A DNA stretch of 61,040 nt. Origin: a virus (Duplodnaviria > Caudoviricetes). A program made the translations under genes and the position numbers. Below the pieces are notes generated by a model. It was not told the origin of the DNA and did not search any database. It saw only the letters and a list, made by a program, of their open reading frames with translations. Within the stretch, counting starts at the first letter, position 1. Every line of letters starts with the position of its first letter. Location: the IMG/VR virus record IMGVR_UViG_3300033153_003434, positions 1 through 61,040 of that record, one strand, 5' to 3'. Below are positions 1-10,863 of the stretch, piece after piece.

Positions 1-2
1 CT

Positions 3-668
3 GTTAAGAAGTTTGGTAACTTAGAAACAAGGGATGATTATAGTAGTATAGGTGTAGACCCTGGCACATTAACAATAGCTGGTAGGTTTATAACTTATAA
101 GTTTGGTTATTATGATAGTGATAATGAAAAGGTTGCTGTTCCTGAAAACAATGATGATGAAATGGGGACATATGTTACTGATACTACTTTTGATTATAAC
201 TTTACGATACCTCCCCCACAATTTTCATTCGATAGTTATACATATACTGATGAGGGGGCTGTAGAAACAACAATACTACAATGTTTATATACCGTAGCCG
301 ATAGTGATTTGCCAGTTAGTGCTTATGTTGTATATAATTTATCTTGTTATGATATTGATATATTATTAGTAGACGACCCTGAATATACAGGAACTATGTC
401 TATTATGGAAGATAGCTCAAACGGAAAAGCATACTATAGCACTGCAACTATACCAATATCTGGAAGTACAGCATTTTCAAATTCGTTTAATGAATCAACA
501 TTATACATACAAACAATTATATATGAAACGAGTACTAGCGATGTTATTGTTGCAAAATCTGATATTGTATCATTTGAAATTATGGGTGAAGGTAGAACTC
601 CTGGTGAAGGTGGTGGTGGAGGAGGCACACCTGGTGAAGTACCTGGTGGTGGCGCAGACCCTAAATAA
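3..668 (+). CDS. Partial (5'-truncated) acidic virion-type protein with Gly/Pro-rich C-terminal tail
   Basis: Frame is open from position 3 through the 162 ATG to TAA at 668; D/T/Y/S-rich like neighbouring structural genes. Confidence 0.7.
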   Translation, partial: VKKFGNLETRDDYSSIGVDPGTLTIAGRFITYKFGYYDSDNEKVAVPENNDDEMGTYVTDTTFDYNFTIPPPQFSFDSYTYTDEGAVETTILQCLYTVADSDLPVSAYVVYNLSCYDIDILLVDDPEYTGTMSIMEDSSNGKAYYSTATIPISGSTAFSNSFNESTLYIQTIIYETSTSDVIVAKSDIVSFEIMGEGRTPGEGGGGGGTPGEVPGGGADPK

Positions 669-696
669 ATAATAAAATAGGATAAAAAGGATAATT

Positions 697-2733
697 ATGG
701 AAGCTTACAAATTTATAAATGGTATAAGAACCGACACAGTAAACGATTTAAACTATACACGACTAATACATGATAAATTACATGTTGGTTTACTATCAAG
801 AAACACAGAATCGTGGGGTAGTTGTGTGATGACAGGAATAGAATACCCAAGTGACGATGTGGCGGAATTAACAGGTTTAGAAAATGTTGATATTGGTGCA
901 TTAGTTTCTGATGAAAGATATTATGTTGCATTGTTTAGTTCCGATTACAATACAACGTATTCAATATACACTAATGAAGATGACGATTATTATGTGAATC
1001 TGTGGGAAGTTAAAAGAGTTAATAATAAGTGGTTGATGTTTAGCAATCAAGGTATATATATAGATAGTGCCGATGGTTCTGTATCAAGTGGTGATAATTA
1101 TAATGATTATAGAAACTCTATTAATGTTTCAGATAGTAATTATGTAATGAATTTATATAAAATTACATTTGATGATGATACCTTAACAAATGCTAATATT
1201 ACAATATTAACAGATGCTAGTGTCGCTTCGACAGTTGTTGTAACTGGTGATGATGCTATCATAACAATTGCTGCTGATGATTGGAGTAGTGATTTAGTAG
1301 TTGGTGATATGTTTACAATCGCTGGTAGTGTTGGTTGTGATAGTTCACAAATAGTCAAGGATATTGATTATGATGTTACGACAGGCTCAGCAACAACTAT
1401 TACATGTGAAGGAAAAGTCGGTTTAGTAGCAGAAACATTAAGTGAGGTTGATGAAACATTTACAGCCTTTTCAATAACTACAACTGCGGAACTTATCAAC
1501 ACTAACGATTATATAACAATAAGATATAAGAATTCTGATTTAGATTTTTACGATGCAAACAAAACAGTTTACTTAAGTGCGAGTGGTATGGGTTATCCAA
1601 TTGACGATTTTCAAGATTTAGTTTTATTAGAAAACTCAAAAGATAGTACTACTATAAAACTTGTTAATGTTCCTGATAGTACAATCGCCAAATTAAATTC
1701 TGGGGAATTAAACTTAACAGGTAGAATGTTTGATGTTGTAGATTCACAAACAGATGTGGTGATACTTAAGGGTTTAACATACGAAGCAAGTATCACATTA
1801 GACGACACTGCTTTCTTAAAATTTGTATACCCAACACAGAATGGTAATAAAGTTATATTGGCAACAATTGATATTTATGAAAACTATTATCAGATATACC
1901 CAGACTATACAGTAAACCTATTAACAGAAATTATTAGTGATAATACACCTCCAGGTATTGATGTAACACAAGCTATGGATAATTACTTATTAGAAAGTTT
2001 ATTTTTGTTAACTGATGATATTACTAATGGTATGAATGATTTAGAATTCATAACAGAACTTGGGGCTATTTCAGATGTAAATTTTGTTAGTTTAGCAAAT
2101 GAAAGAAATAGACTTTATAGTGGTGCTAATGGTTTTATTCTTGATAATAGTGTGTATATGGGTTCTATTTATGGTGTAGATGGTGTTAATTGGGGGGATA
2201 TAAAAGAATACAACTTAAACAAACTATTATTGAATTGGTCTTTAACAGTTGAAAATTCAGCGACAGCACCAACATCACCAACAGAAAACGATTTATGGTA
2301 TGATACTAATGATAGTACATTAAAAATATTTACAGAAACATTAACAGATGCCGAAGTTGATTCTGCGATTACAGCATCAACGCACATATTAAGAATTGAA
2401 GATGAAGATTGGTCAACAAACATATTAGCTGGTGATACAATAGTATTATCAGGAACGACTAGTAATGATGGTATATATGTTGTTTCAACTTGTACAGCGG
2501 ATTCTCCCGATACTATAATAGTTGTGGATGATGCTATAAATGATTTTGTTGGTGATGAAACATTAGATGCTGTTGATGAAACTTTAGAAGTTTGGAAACC
2601 TATTGATAACGATGTTAGACAAATTGCAATATTTTATATTAATACAGATGACTCAATCACTGATTTAATATACCTTGCAAATATAAATAAGATTAGCATA
2701 ATAGATGATATGAACATACAATTAATAATATAA
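697..2733 (+). CDS. Acidic virion structural protein (baseplate/fibre-associated) with an internally duplicated beta domain
   Basis: 678 aa; repeat DDWSSDLVVGDMFTIAGS / EDWSTNILAGDTIVLSGT; SATAPTSPTENDLWYDT motif typical of phage fibre proteins; AGGA RBS. Confidence 0.6.
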   Translation: MEAYKFINGIRTDTVNDLNYTRLIHDKLHVGLLSRNTESWGSCVMTGIEYPSDDVAELTGLENVDIGALVSDERYYVALFSSDYNTTYSIYTNEDDDYYVNLWEVKRVNNKWLMFSNQGIYIDSADGSVSSGDNYNDYRNSINVSDSNYVMNLYKITFDDDTLTNANITILTDASVASTVVVTGDDAIITIAADDWSSDLVVGDMFTIAGSVGCDSSQIVKDIDYDVTTGSATTITCEGKVGLVAETLSEVDETFTAFSITTTAELINTNDYITIRYKNSDLDFYDANKTVYLSASGMGYPIDDFQDLVLLENSKDSTTIKLVNVPDSTIAKLNSGELNLTGRMFDVVDSQTDVVILKGLTYEASITLDDTAFLKFVYPTQNGNKVILATIDIYENYYQIYPDYTVNLLTEIISDNTPPGIDVTQAMDNYLLESLFLLTDDITNGMNDLEFITELGAISDVNFVSLANERNRLYSGANGFILDNSVYMGSIYGVDGVNWGDIKEYNLNKLLLNWSLTVENSATAPTSPTENDLWYDTNDSTLKIFTETLTDAEVDSAITASTHILRIEDEDWSTNILAGDTIVLSGTTSNDGIYVVSTCTADSPDTIIVVDDAINDFVGDETLDAVDETLEVWKPIDNDVRQIAIFYINTDDSITDLIYLANINKISIIDDMNIQLII

Positions 2734-2742
2734 GGATAAAAA

Positions 2743-3498
2743 ATGACAAAACTAGAAAGAATTTACGAAGAAACATTAAATGAGCAAATGTTAAATGAAA
2801 AGATGTTTAATATCGATAAAGAAAAATTACAACAAGCTATAAACACTATAGCCCCCAAAATACAAGCTAATAAAATAATACAACATGCGAAAAGTTTTAT
2901 GCCGTTTGTAAAAAAATTTACTAATAGTGATGGTAGTGTAAATATGGATAATATACCATTTATGCAATTAAAAGAAAACATATTTAGTGATTTTGCTGAT
3001 TGGTATGAAAATGATGGTGATTGGAATAGTAAAAAACAGTTCTTGGGTAGTATGCTAAAAAAAGTATTTTTATTTCCAGCTTGGTTCATCTCAGAAACTA
3101 TAAGGGTTATAATTAAATGTTTTCAGGGTGGTGACTATACAATATCTGGTATCTTAACTTTATTATTAGCCATGTTTATAACACTTATTGGTTTTTTAGG
3201 TACTGTTATATACAAGCACACGGAACACGGAATAAATGGAATTGATAATGGTATTGTTATATCAAAACCATATAGAGCAGAATTAGATAATATTAGAAAA
3301 ATTAGGGTACAAGTGGGTGATAATATTTTTCACATTCCTAATAACAATATACATATTTGGAGTGTTGATGTAAAAGATGTTAATTCTGATAGAACAGAAC
3401 AATGGATTACCACAGATGAAAATATAAGAAATACAGTAGTAAAAGGTGATACCATTAATATAAATGATTACACTTGGGTGGAAAACAAAAATCGTTAA
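2743..3498 (+). CDS. Hypothetical membrane protein with capsid-targeting-like leader
   Basis: Starts MTKLERIYEETLNE; hydrophobic segment ISGILTLLLAMFITLIGFLGTVIY. Confidence 0.7.
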   Translation: MTKLERIYEETLNEQMLNEKMFNIDKEKLQQAINTIAPKIQANKIIQHAKSFMPFVKKFTNSDGSVNMDNIPFMQLKENIFSDFADWYENDGDWNSKKQFLGSMLKKVFLFPAWFISETIRVIIKCFQGGDYTISGILTLLLAMFITLIGFLGTVIYKHTEHGINGIDNGIVISKPYRAELDNIRKIRVQVGDNIFHIPNNNIHIWSVDVKDVNSDRTEQWITTDENIRNTVVKGDTININDYTWVENKNR

Positions 3499-3542
3499 TA
3501 ATTTAAAACAATTAATAAAATTAATAATATAAGATAAAACAT

Positions 3543-6500
3543 ATGAAAAGATTTGAAAAAGGTGATTTAGTAAAAGTTATTGGTGGTAATCATGCTGGCA
3601 AAACTGGTAAAGTGGTTAAAATAGCAGCTAAAGGTATTAACACTCGTGTGCGTTTCGATGATGGTGGTAGTCATCAATGGATTGGTGCGCCGTTATTAAG
3701 TTTAATAGAAGGTGCAAAGAAACCGAAACAAATATCACAAGAACTGATTGGTGATTATGTAAATAAAATATTTACACTTAATAAATCTATAAAAACACGT
3801 GGTACTGTTAAAAAAACTGGTGTAAAAGAACAATTAATATTGGATAAAGATACTCGTTGTATGATTAAAAGTATTTCAGCCGAATCAGTAGTATGGACAA
3901 CATACTATAAAGGTGCGAGTTGTACTTTTAAAATGACTAATGATGCTGAATTATTTGAAACTTACTTTACAGCAGAACCAGACCCAGACACTGGTGAAAT
4001 TATAAGACCTTTAACTATAGATGATGTTGGTAGAACACTTGTTGCAACACAACACTTGCAAATCTTTGTAAAAGAACTTGATAAGAATATGATTATAGAT
4101 GCTGGTGGTAAAGTTGAAGTTCGAGTAGTTACTGATAAAAAAATTGAAGTATATCATAGTGAAGAAGATGTTAAAATAAAGATTAATAATTTACCTAAAG
4201 AGTTGTCACAATATTTTGAATTTGAGGATGTTGCAGAAAAAAAGAAAGTTAATACAGCAGCAACAATACAACCAGGTGATGTGATAAAATGGTCTAGTAA
4301 TAAGAAGTTTTACGAAGTGATAGAGGTTAAAAGAGTTGGTAATATTATAAATGCAAAGATTAAACCATTCAGACATGATGCCCTTATACCTATTGAAATG
4401 TCATTTACAGATTTTAACAACCAATTTGATATAGCTATGGCTGGTTATAGAAAAAGGAAAAATGAAAAAGAGGCAAAAGAAGCAAAAAATAAAAAAGAAC
4501 AACCTATTAAACTGAAAGTTCGTAGAGAATTTATATCATGTCCTATTTGTAAAGAAGATGATGCTGCAGAAGTTTTTATTGACCAAAGCGGTCAAGTAGT
4601 AGCACCTAGTAAAATAAAACAAATTGCAAGTTATATGTACTCATGTTTCGATTGTGATGAAGAACTTACCGATAAACATATAGGGGTTTATAATTTAAGA
4701 AAAATTAAAAGAAATGATATTTTTTCAGATAAACCAAAATCAACAGGCGAAGAAAATTGGGATAATGTTAAACCTGGTACAACAGTATTATTAAATAATA
4801 AAACATTCAATTATGATAAAGGCACAACCATTATGATAGATAAGGTTGATGTAGGTAGTAGTGTTGGTGGTGCTAATAGTAGGTGGATTGAATTTTCATC
4901 AGAAGACGAATCACACACATGGAGTGGTTTTTACGATATTGAACATTTTAATAAAGATTATACGATAGCATCAATACCTGGAGGGGCTATATACGATTCT
5001 CCTGAAGGTGGGAATGTAATTAACAGTGGTACTGATGACGTTCCGCCAAATAATGCAGATTTCAAATTCAACGAAGGCGATTTAGTAAAACTTAAATTTG
5101 ATTGGTGGGGTTGGAAAAAAGGCGAGGAATTAGTACTTAGTTATATTGGTAAAACACCTAGACACGATGGTAGTTTTTCAGTATTACTACATCCACCAGA
5201 AAATGCATCATTACCAACGACTGTTTATTTAACACCAGAAGACATGGATGATAGATTTGACAAAGGTGTAGGTTTTGATTTACCCGATGATGCCGATGAT
5301 GTTGATGATGATTATGAACAACTTAAGAAAGATTTTGATGGTACTTTTGATAATGATGATAGGGAAATAGTTAAAGGTAAAGAAATTAGTAAGAATGACA
5401 AACTTATATTTGTTAAGAACTATGGTAAAAATTTTAAAATGGGTGACATAGTAACTGTTGAAAAAATTCTTCCTTCTGGTTATGGTGGATGGCAAATAAA
5501 ATTGAAAGGTTATGAAAATTCAATCAATACTAACCCTAATTTAAAAAACAATATATTTAAGTATGTAGATATAGTTCAGAATGTAAAAGATGATGGTGAT
5601 GTGGATGGAAAAGGTAAACCAATCACTAAAGTCGCACAAATGCAACAAGATGAAGTTCTAATTAGAAATAAAAAGAAGTGGGGTAATTGGGATAAAGGCA
5701 CAGTGTTTAAAGTTGTTAAATTTGATAAAGATACACGAAAAGTATTTAAAGGAAAATATAATATAGCAATATATTCTGTAAAACCTAAAAAAGATACAAA
5801 ATATATATACCATATAACCTTAGATGATTTAAAGAAAACTTTTGAAATAGTAAGCGATGAAAAAGTTTCAAGAATTGGTAAAGTAGTACACCCTAAAGAT
5901 TTAAAAGCTGGTGATACAATTAAAACAGTTAAAAGATTTAGAAATATAATGCCAGGAGAAGTATTAAAGGTTGAAGAAGTTCGTGAAGGTAGTTTAGGTT
6001 GGGTATTACATCTATCTAATGATTTCAGAACACTTCAAACAACTGTATCAGATAGTGATTTTAAAAGCTTTGTGTATGCTGATGATTCAGAAAAATCGGA
6101 AGAAGTTAAAGAAAAGAACGACCCAAGTGATATGGGTAAACATATGTTAGCAAAAGATTGGGAAGGTTTTAAAAAAGATGAAATAGTAACTGTTAATAAA
6201 GATAATCGTGATAATGAATATGGTTCTGATTTTGATGTAAAAAATAAAGAAGGTAAAGAAGTTAAACAGAAATGGGTAAGATATGGGGAATTTGACAAAA
6301 TATTTATTCCTATAGGTGCTGATGGAAAACCTGATATTATCAAAACGCCAATTAAAGAAGGTGATTATTTAAAGTTTAAAAAAGAACTTAAAAGAAGAAA
6401 CGGTGATGTCTTAGATACTTCAACACTTTGGAAGGTTGATAGTATTGGTGCTCTTACAAGGGGCGAAGGAAAGCAAACACCTGGTATGAAATTAGAACTT

Positions 6501-7856
6501 AAAAAAGTTCATGGTGGATATTCAAGTTTAAATTGGAATGTTGGACCTGGTGATTTCTTCAAAGAATTTAAAATATCTGAAAATAATTATGATGTGTACG
6601 AGTTATCACTCGGTGATTTAGTAAAATCTAAAAACAAGTTAAAAATTACAAACGATGATGGTAAAGAAACTTTTGCTGAACCAGGCGAAGATTTTACAGT
6701 ACTATTTGTTGGTGTTGATGCTGGTTATAGATATATCATAATGCTTTCTAAAGAGCACCCTAAACATACATACATTTGTGGTTATAACAATAAAGCATTT
6801 AATCATTCATTTGAATTTGTTAAGAAACTTAAAGATGTTACAAAAACAACTACATATGGTAAAACAGAATTAAACATTGGTGATGCTGTTGATGAAGATG
6901 ATGTTGAAGTAGGTGATATAATAAGAACTGAAAAAATATATAAAGGTTTCAGACCTGATGAACTAATTACAGTTAAAAAGAAGAAAAAAGATGGTGCATC
7001 TACAGTATTCACATTTGAAGTAGGTGGACATTCATATAAAGATATTTCAATAAAAAACTTTGGATTCCGTAAACACTTCGTGTATGCTGAAAAACCAAAT
7101 CACGAAAAAAAGAAAACTACTACAACCTATGCCGCTGGTTGGAATGGTAATCGTGGGACTGGTTCACATGCCAGCGGTGGTGCTACTGTGGTTGACATTT
7201 CAATTAAGAAGTTTTTAAATAGTATTGAAGTAGGTGATATTTTAGAAACAATTGGTGAGTTAGAATTATGGATACCTGTTGAAATTAATGGGGTAACTAA
7301 GAAAAGAAATCCTATAACATTCCAAGCAGGTTTACAAATGCTGGTGGTTGAAGCTGGTGCTACAAGAAGTAAACAAGGTAATAAAAGACTTAGAATTATG
7401 CCTAATATAAACTATGAAAAAGTATCAAAAGACCATCAAAACAGTAAATGGTGGTCAGATGAAGAGTTTAAAGAAATGTTTAAGAAAAGTGATGGTAATA
7501 AAGTACCAAATGAAGAAACTGATGATGATGAAACTAATGATGAAAACATTGAAGCTATGTCAAGAGAACAAGCATATGGTAACTCAAACCTTGAATATAT
7601 ACATGTGAGTACAGTTGAAAAGGGGGATACACTTATATCAAAAAGAGTTTTAACCACAAAAAGTTATACACAAGGTAATAAAGAATCGACACACCCAGCA
7701 CACACAAAATTTGTAATTTCACAACTTGGTGCTAATGCTGGCGGTACATATAGGTATATAACATTAAATGTTATAAAAGATGTAGGGGCTGGGACAATTT
7801 CAGGTACTTATAACGATTTACTAATAAATAAAGATTTTTATAAAATTAAAAGTTAA
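3543..7856 (+). CDS. 1437-aa protein of tandem KOW/SH3-like beta-barrel repeats plus one Zn ribbon
   Basis: N-terminal KOW motif FEKGDLVKVIGGNHAGKTGKVVKI; about 14 units beginning with hxxGD-h-like motifs; CPIC...CFDC. Confidence 0.65.
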   Translation: MKRFEKGDLVKVIGGNHAGKTGKVVKIAAKGINTRVRFDDGGSHQWIGAPLLSLIEGAKKPKQISQELIGDYVNKIFTLNKSIKTRGTVKKTGVKEQLILDKDTRCMIKSISAESVVWTTYYKGASCTFKMTNDAELFETYFTAEPDPDTGEIIRPLTIDDVGRTLVATQHLQIFVKELDKNMIIDAGGKVEVRVVTDKKIEVYHSEEDVKIKINNLPKELSQYFEFEDVAEKKKVNTAATIQPGDVIKWSSNKKFYEVIEVKRVGNIINAKIKPFRHDALIPIEMSFTDFNNQFDIAMAGYRKRKNEKEAKEAKNKKEQPIKLKVRREFISCPICKEDDAAEVFIDQSGQVVAPSKIKQIASYMYSCFDCDEELTDKHIGVYNLRKIKRNDIFSDKPKSTGEENWDNVKPGTTVLLNNKTFNYDKGTTIMIDKVDVGSSVGGANSRWIEFSSEDESHTWSGFYDIEHFNKDYTIASIPGGAIYDSPEGGNVINSGTDDVPPNNADFKFNEGDLVKLKFDWWGWKKGEELVLSYIGKTPRHDGSFSVLLHPPENASLPTTVYLTPEDMDDRFDKGVGFDLPDDADDVDDDYEQLKKDFDGTFDNDDREIVKGKEISKNDKLIFVKNYGKNFKMGDIVTVEKILPSGYGGWQIKLKGYENSINTNPNLKNNIFKYVDIVQNVKDDGDVDGKGKPITKVAQMQQDEVLIRNKKKWGNWDKGTVFKVVKFDKDTRKVFKGKYNIAIYSVKPKKDTKYIYHITLDDLKKTFEIVSDEKVSRIGKVVHPKDLKAGDTIKTVKRFRNIMPGEVLKVEEVREGSLGWVLHLSNDFRTLQTTVSDSDFKSFVYADDSEKSEEVKEKNDPSDMGKHMLAKDWEGFKKDEIVTVNKDNRDNEYGSDFDVKNKEGKEVKQKWVRYGEFDKIFIPIGADGKPDIIKTPIKEGDYLKFKKELKRRNGDVLDTSTLWKVDSIGALTRGEGKQTPGMKLELKKVHGGYSSLNWNVGPGDFFKEFKISENNYDVYELSLGDLVKSKNKLKITNDDGKETFAEPGEDFTVLFVGVDAGYRYIIMLSKEHPKHTYICGYNNKAFNHSFEFVKKLKDVTKTTTYGKTELNIGDAVDEDDVEVGDIIRTEKIYKGFRPDELITVKKKKKDGASTVFTFEVGGHSYKDISIKNFGFRKHFVYAEKPNHEKKKTTTTYAAGWNGNRGTGSHASGGATVVDISIKKFLNSIEVGDILETIGELELWIPVEINGVTKKRNPITFQAGLQMLVVEAGATRSKQGNKRLRIMPNINYEKVSKDHQNSKWWSDEEFKEMFKKSDGNKVPNEETDDDETNDENIEAMSREQAYGNSNLEYIHVSTVEKGDTLISKRVLTTKSYTQGNKESTHPAHTKFVISQLGANAGGTYRYITLNVIKDVGAGTISGTYNDLLINKDFYKIKS

Positions 7857-7864
7857 GGAATAAT

Positions 7865-8764
7865 ATGAAAAATATTAATAATATTAATGATGATTACACT
7901 AACATGTTTATCAATGAAGAAGAAGACCTTTTAGAAGCTAAGAATTTCTATTTAGAAGCATCAGATACTTCTATACTTTGTAGATATAACAAATGGAATC
8001 CAAACCCTAAAGAATCACAAGTTAAGTTCTTTAGCAGTTATAAAATGGCTAAGAAGTTTATAACAAAAAACCATTTAGGTATTGTGGATATTAAGGATAG
8101 AGATTTTACAAAGAAAACATTCAACGATAACGAAGCAAGTGATGAACTTAGAGATGGTAGTGGTCCACACGGTAAAGGTAATGGACCTGGTGATGGTCAT
8201 AAAGATGGTAGTGGTTTAAAAGAAGAATCAGAAACTATTAACCCTGTAAGATTTGAAAAATTAATTTACAACGAATTTAACAAATGGATTCAAATGATTG
8301 AATCTAAGTTTGGACAAGGGAGTGGAAGAACTTTAAGAGTTGTTAAAAAAGTTATTAGATTTCTTGGAAATAAACAAGAAAATCAAACAGAACCTATAAA
8401 ACCAGTAGCTGTACGACCTGAACCTATAGAAGAAGCATTTGCACCTAATCAGAACGATGGGGATGTTAAAGTTACTATGGTATTTAAAGCTGGTAAAATG
8501 GTTAACTGGAATTTTGATGGTAAACCTAAAACAAAAGATATGCTTGGTATAACTAAACTAGCTCCTTTCATTAAGAAAAACTTATCGTATAATAAAGAAA
8601 AGAAAGTTTTCATGTGGAAACAAACTGAAAAAGATAATGATGAACAGAAAAAACAATCAAAAGATAAAGAAAAAAGCACTGAACAAGGTACTGAACAAGG
8701 TGATAAGGATAAACAAATTCAAAAAGGTGCAGAACAAAAGTTAACAGAAGCAAGTTATGAATAA
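7865..8764 (+). CDS. Hypothetical protein, probable internal head protein
   Basis: 299 aa; several [IL]xE sites (FINE, LLEA, LKEE, IEEA, LTEA) separating short segments. Confidence 0.6.
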   Translation: MKNINNINDDYTNMFINEEEDLLEAKNFYLEASDTSILCRYNKWNPNPKESQVKFFSSYKMAKKFITKNHLGIVDIKDRDFTKKTFNDNEASDELRDGSGPHGKGNGPGDGHKDGSGLKEESETINPVRFEKLIYNEFNKWIQMIESKFGQGSGRTLRVVKKVIRFLGNKQENQTEPIKPVAVRPEPIEEAFAPNQNDGDVKVTMVFKAGKMVNWNFDGKPKTKDMLGITKLAPFIKKNLSYNKEKKVFMWKQTEKDNDEQKKQSKDKEKSTEQGTEQGDKDKQIQKGAEQKLTEASYE

Positions 8765-9137
8765 AGAACTTTTAGAAAAATATAAATATATGTTAGAAGA
8801 TGACACATTGTTTAATGATGATGTAAGAATATTGAAGTTTTATGACCCTTTATACCAAACAGTTGGTATGGGGCATTTTAAAGAACTTTACAAGCCATCT
8901 GATGTTAAATGGGGTAATCGTATAATCGTTGATGATTATATGGGTATACCAGGCTCGTATGTTGAAATAAAAGGTATTAAATACCACAAGTTGTATTCCG
9001 TTAAAGCCGTCAGTAATCAAACAGGTAATATAACATATGGTTTATCACCTAAAGACCAATATTCAACAAGTCAAACATTTCAAAGGTGTTACCAATTGAT
9101 TAGAACAGAAAACAGAACTGCTATAAAGGATTTATAA
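8757..9137 (+). CDS. Hypothetical protein with leader
   Basis: Starts MNKELLEKYKYMLED; overlaps both neighbours. Confidence 0.6.
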   Translation: MNKELLEKYKYMLEDDTLFNDDVRILKFYDPLYQTVGMGHFKELYKPSDVKWGNRIIVDDYMGIPGSYVEIKGIKYHKLYSVKAVSNQTGNITYGLSPKDQYSTSQTFQRCYQLIRTENRTAIKDL

Positions 9138-9358
9138 TGACAAAACTAACAGAATTATATGAAGAAGTATTAACAGAAAGTAATAATGAAGAACTTAGAA
9201 CAACACTATTTCAAATGTTAGTGGATTACCAAGATGAAAAGGGTTATAAATTTGACGAAGAAATGGATGTAAATGACTTTAAAAATCTTTTAGAACGAGT
9301 ATATAATAAAGGTTTAGATGATGGGTGGGAACAAGGTATGGATGATTCAAGAAAATAA
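9137..9358 (+). CDS. Small acidic protein with capsid-targeting-like leader
   Basis: Starts MTKLTELYEEVLTE; AGGA RBS. Confidence 0.65.
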   Translation: MTKLTELYEEVLTESNNEELRTTLFQMLVDYQDEKGYKFDEEMDVNDFKNLLERVYNKGLDDGWEQGMDDSRK

Positions 9359-9384
9359 CGAAGAAATTAAATTAGAGGATTTAA

Positions 9385-10863
9385 ATGAAAAGATATGAAA
9401 TAGAAGGCACTACAAGTGTAAACAATATTAAAACTGTTTATAACGAACTTGTTAAAAGTATGGATGGATTGGGTTATACTAATCTATTAAGGAATAACTA
9501 TTTTAAGACTAAACTTAGAAACGATGATACTACAAGTGGTGATATTGTATCACAATGGCGCGATAATGAAAACAATATCTCAGAAGCAGAATATAATGGC
9601 ACACATGTTGATGGTACTAATTTTCTATACTTATCAGGTGATAACAATGATGATGTGTTGGGTATTGCTACTGATAATGAAATTTATCAAGAAGTACAAT
9701 TCAACGATGTAGAAAGATTAATGCAAACAGGTGTTTTAAACCTTAAATTATTCTTTATTAAGAATGCGAGTGATAGTGATGATTTGACAATTACGCTAGA
9801 ATCAACAGATGATGATACTGATTGGAGTTCAACTACAACTTTAGGTAGTTATGTTATAGATAGTGAAAGTGTTATTGTAGCAGGTGAATTCACAGATGCC
9901 GAAGCATTTTATTATGCGGGTGGTGACCAAACTTTCGTGTACACACAATATAATATTTCTTACAACTTAATAGATGACCTATTTAGATATGTAGACACAA
10001 CTAACAATTTAAAATTTAGAGTTCTAATTAGCAACCCATCAGGGGCTAGTACAAAATATTTAGTTAACACGTTAGCATACTTCGGTAGAAGTGATGCATC
10101 AAGCTTCGTTAAGAATATTGATGATAACTCAGGAAGTATTCAATATGATGAAACTATTGGTGATTACTACTATACAGCAGATGGTGAGGATAAAATTTAC
10201 TTGAGTAGCGGTAAATATTTCATTACAGTGGGTGATACAGGGCAATACACAACGTTAGAGAGTGCGGTTGCGAGTTTATCAGCAGATTCAGAAGCTCACG
10301 GTAATAGTAGGGTTATGTACATTACAAGCGATTTAGCATTAGAAGCAGATGTGGAAATACCAAGTAATATAACAATCATGGGTAATGGTTATGAATTAGA
10401 TGTTGATGAATTTAAAATAGATATAAGTGGTAGTGATGCTGGTGATAATGCAAAGAAAAATATTAATGTAAATGATTTAAACATTGTTACAGGTGAAAGT
10501 GGTGCTATTACAACAACAGCAATCACGATGGTATATTGTAACAGAGTTAATTTTAATAACTGTACCATAGATGGTAAGTACAAATATAATGGTAATTTGA
10601 TAGATGTTAATTACTGTGATAACTGCACATTAGATTTAAAAGAATTGAAGAATTATGGGTATAATGATGGGGATGATGTTATTGGTTATGGTATTTATAT
10701 GGATAATACAAATAACACAGAAGTTACAATTAATAAGATGATATTAGAAACATCAACAGGAACTAAAAGTGCTACATTATTAATTGGGGTATTTTTAAAT
10801 ACAACTTGTGGTCTTAATGGCGAGAACACAACAACTGTAAATTATTTTAGCGAGACTGTATAA
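9385..10863 (+). CDS. Virion protein with C-terminal right-handed parallel beta-helix (pectin-lyase-like)
   Basis: ITVGDTGQYTTLESAVASL helix-cap motif followed by EIPSNITIMGNG and N/C-ladder repeats. Confidence 0.6.
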   Translation: MKRYEIEGTTSVNNIKTVYNELVKSMDGLGYTNLLRNNYFKTKLRNDDTTSGDIVSQWRDNENNISEAEYNGTHVDGTNFLYLSGDNNDDVLGIATDNEIYQEVQFNDVERLMQTGVLNLKLFFIKNASDSDDLTITLESTDDDTDWSSTTTLGSYVIDSESVIVAGEFTDAEAFYYAGGDQTFVYTQYNISYNLIDDLFRYVDTTNNLKFRVLISNPSGASTKYLVNTLAYFGRSDASSFVKNIDDNSGSIQYDETIGDYYYTADGEDKIYLSSGKYFITVGDTGQYTTLESAVASLSADSEAHGNSRVMYITSDLALEADVEIPSNITIMGNGYELDVDEFKIDISGSDAGDNAKKNINVNDLNIVTGESGAITTTAITMVYCNRVNFNNCTIDGKYKYNGNLIDVNYCDNCTLDLKELKNYGYNDGDDVIGYGIYMDNTNNTEVTINKMILETSTGTKSATLLIGVFLNTTCGLNGENTTTVNYFSETV

